From Pseudogymnoascus verrucosus (taxonomy: Eukaryota), in NCBI GenBank assembly GCA_001662655.1, contig KV460258.1: a DNA stretch of 64,000 nucleotides; one strand, given 5' to 3'. The position numbers were made by a program, and so were the translations under genes. Numbering within the stretch: position 1 is the first letter of the stretch; each line of letters opens with the position of its first letter. Positions 61,540 to 64,000 of the stretch are shown here, in pieces. Under the pieces are notes generated by a model. It had not been told where the DNA came from, did no database searches, and saw only the letters and a list, made by a program, of their open reading frames with translations.

Positions 61540-61745
61540 AAGAATCACGTCCGGCTCCATGGCTGAGTGGTAGCAACTCTCAGTTGTGGGCTTGATAATA
61601 TGAAACTGCCTCGGATCGTGGTGATAGACGCCCGGCTAACCCCCGGGACCCTATCACGACGATGCGTGGGGTTTGGTTACTGGTCATGTACTCCTACGGT
61701 TAGCTCCTGTAGAGAGTAGACGATCTGGTTCTTTTGTCTTTTTTT
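61540..61745 (+). ncRNA. Candidate Pol III-transcribed structured RNA of unknown family
   Basis: TATA at 61513-61524, A-box TGGCTGAGTGG at 61560-61570, three hairpins closed by a 5'/3' stem, T4/T7 terminator at 61732-61745, B-box GGTTCGAATCA at 61807-61817. Confidence 0.65.
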
Positions 61746-61970
61746 GCTCTAGACTTGTTTTTTCTTCCTCTTTTAGAGTGGTGGGCTCTGTAGTCATATA
61801 TTTTGGGGTTCGAATCAGTGGCTTTGTTGTTATAACAGGCGAAAGCTCTAGCGAATTCATTTTGGGGCGCGCTTGCTAATTGTTTGAATTGTAAATATCG
61901 TCTATTATGCATGTAACAAAGTACCAAAGAATTAAAAACATTACTATGTCCAATATATGCCCCTGGGGTT

Positions 61971-63977
61971 CTAGAACCCAGTCGGATGGATGCTATGTCC
62001 AGTTTGTTGAGCACTCTCTGGCGCTCCTTGCATCTGTCCATATACCATCCCCATTATATCACCACCCTCTTGCTGCATTGTTTCCATAAAGCCTTCCATC
62101 TCATCCAAACTTGAGTATAGGCGGTTCAACACGTCCAAAAACCTCCTGGCTTTGTCGGAATGTGTATTTACAGTCTCCAGGATTCGTTTCGCTGCCTCAA
62201 TATCGGCTCCCCATGCCGCCGCATCTGGTGAGGTTGGCTCGGTTGTGATACAGAAAACCGGGATCAAGCTTGACTGGAAGAGGTAATATCTGGCGCGGGT
62301 TAGTGTCCGATATATAATCAAAGAACTGGCAAACTTACATCGCATACCAGTCATGCATTGGACTGAAGATGTGGAGGGAAAAGTATTCTTCGGTGTACTT
62401 CACGGTGAGGTGTGCATATTCAAGACAGAGCTCACGGCATCGTCTTGCAGCTTCCGTGTCCGCCTGCGGCGACAAGACGCCAACGGATTTCTCAGTCGCC
62501 CATCTGAGTAGTAGGGGTGTATGCAACATTATCCTGAAGCATGCTAACCTCCAAAGGAGGCGACAACGGGCCGTCGTTATGTATTCTGGCTCGGTGGGAT
62601 CGGTATGGCCATATTTGAAGTATGCTGGAAGGGTTTTTTCCCAGACGGTGATCTTTGAATCCATTTCGAGGATTTCTTCGGCAGGCAAATCAAAGCTAGC
62701 CATACGGCGAGTGTACATTGAATTGGTGAGTTGGTGAAATTGAATCTGCCAGATTAGATGAGAATAAATGGTTGACCCAGTGGACTCTTCAGGGGCGACA
62801 AGTGTTGTCGAGGTTAACTTTTCGTCGTCAACATTCATTGGCTCCTTTATATCCATCATACCATCGGTTGGCCATAATATTGGGCGCCCAAACGTTATGG
62901 CCGTCCCAGCATCCATGACGAAAACGCACCATCCAACTCGTCGTCGCATCTCACGATCAAAAACGCTTATATTCCACGCCGGAAATTCTCGATGCAGCCC
63001 AAGGCTTATGGCTATTCGAACGGCCAGCCCAGAGAAGTTCCAGCCGGTGTTTGGGTTGTTCTGTCTTTGCGTGAAATGGCCCTTCAGTGCAACAGCTTGG
63101 ACCAACGTTAGACTCCCAGATGACAGAATGGATGTGTTTCTGCTCCATCCCTGGGTTTTTGCACCCAGTAGCTCATCGAATCCCTTGGTGTCATATCCCA
63201 TACACCACCCGCCAATAGCGAGGATTACATGCCGCAACAGCAACCATGACTCTGGGTCCGGTTTTGGAGCGAGATCCTCGGTCTGAGCTCTAAAAGTAGC
63301 CTCGTGAACTATAGGGTATCTCGTGTGGAAATTCCGAAAATAGGAATCGATCAGCGTGCTAATAAGCTGGTCCAGGTCTGCGTCATGTGTCATCTCGCTC
63401 CAGGCCCAAGCTTCCCGGAGTGAGGGTTTGACGGTCCTGGACGAGTCAATAACCCTCGATACGGAGGAATCGATGGTCCACCCATTATGGTGAAGGGATC
63501 GTAGCAAAGCCACATTTGCAGATGTTCCAAGATAACCGGCTCCTTCTGGATTCACGGACAAGAATGCCATACCATCCGCTAGCTGGTTTAGGGCATCCCC
63601 CTGTTCACTCCATTCAAATCCTGTTGATATCCGGGGAAATGAATCAGTATAACTTGGATGGGATGGAGCATCCGAAGTAGTAGAAGCCCATGGGTTAGTG
63701 GGAAGTTCCCAGGTGCTAGACCCGGGAATTCCTGGCGTCTGTGGAGCCAATTTCTCAATATCAACGCCAGGTATTAACTCTGCACATTTCGCTTCTAGCT
63801 TCTGCAACCGGTTTTCAAGCGAAGTAACATATCTGCGGCACCTGTTACAAAAGACGTCCGTTGAAATAGGAAAAACACTTACTCGCGAGTCAGCGGGCTT
63901 CTCTGGATCTTCGCCGAATAGACACAGGGCCTACGCTCTCTCCGACAATAGGCACATGATGGCCTTTCTTTAGAGCA
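61971..63977 (-). CDS. Gal4/Lac9-like Zn(II)2Cys6 transcription factor (5' end lies beyond the window)
   Basis: CSKERPSCAYCRRERRPCVYSAKIQRSPLTREYVTSLENRLQKLE after splicing; AVRIAISLGLHRE, EMRRRVGWC, FGRP; intron ~62290-62338. Confidence 0.88.
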
Positions 63978-64000
63978 CTGGTGAATGTTAAACTTTAGCA

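Noticed and set aside
61636..61642. Telomerase RNA template (CTAACCC)
   Set aside because: Barely more than one repeat and enclosed in a hairpin loop; Pezizomycotina telomerase RNAs are much longer.
61553..61735. H/ACA snoRNA
   Set aside because: An ANANNA-like linker exists at ~61595-61603, but there is no 3' ACA box and the fold has three hairpins plus a closing stem.
61553..61820. tRNA gene (tRNA-like 5' end GGCTCCATGGCTGAGTGG and GGTTCGAATC)
   Set aside because: No cloverleaf or matching 3' acceptor strand, and oligo-T terminators lie between the A- and B-boxes.

Overview
Eukaryotic DNA from a filamentous ascomycete (Pezizomycotina-type GT-AG introns of 45-130 nt with CTAAC branch points; genus not determinable here). 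There are about 27 protein-coding genes. A conserved core block holds an SDR, a GH16 Crh-type transglycosylase, RTT109, MRPL15, CFD1, YAR1, an Acm1-like APC/C regulator and SPE2. A more accessory-looking right half holds kinases, a metallo-beta-lactamase/tautomerase pair, PTR2, Zn2Cys6 factors, MFS transporters, a Cys-rich secreted protein, F-box genes and pseudogenes, PIMT and acid sphingomyelinase. Two non-coding signals stand out. (1) An array of 11 fixed-length 34-bp imperfect palindromes (GCGCAWATTY-N14-RRATWTGCGC) with a companion CGCG-N6-CGCG motif lies in minisatellite-rich patches at ~160-960 and ~5090-7480. (2) A ~200-nt highly structured candidate Pol III RNA at ~61540-61745 has TATA, A-box, oligo-T terminator, a downstream B-box and a possible kissing loop. 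All structures and exon boundaries were derived by eye, and no database searches were run.
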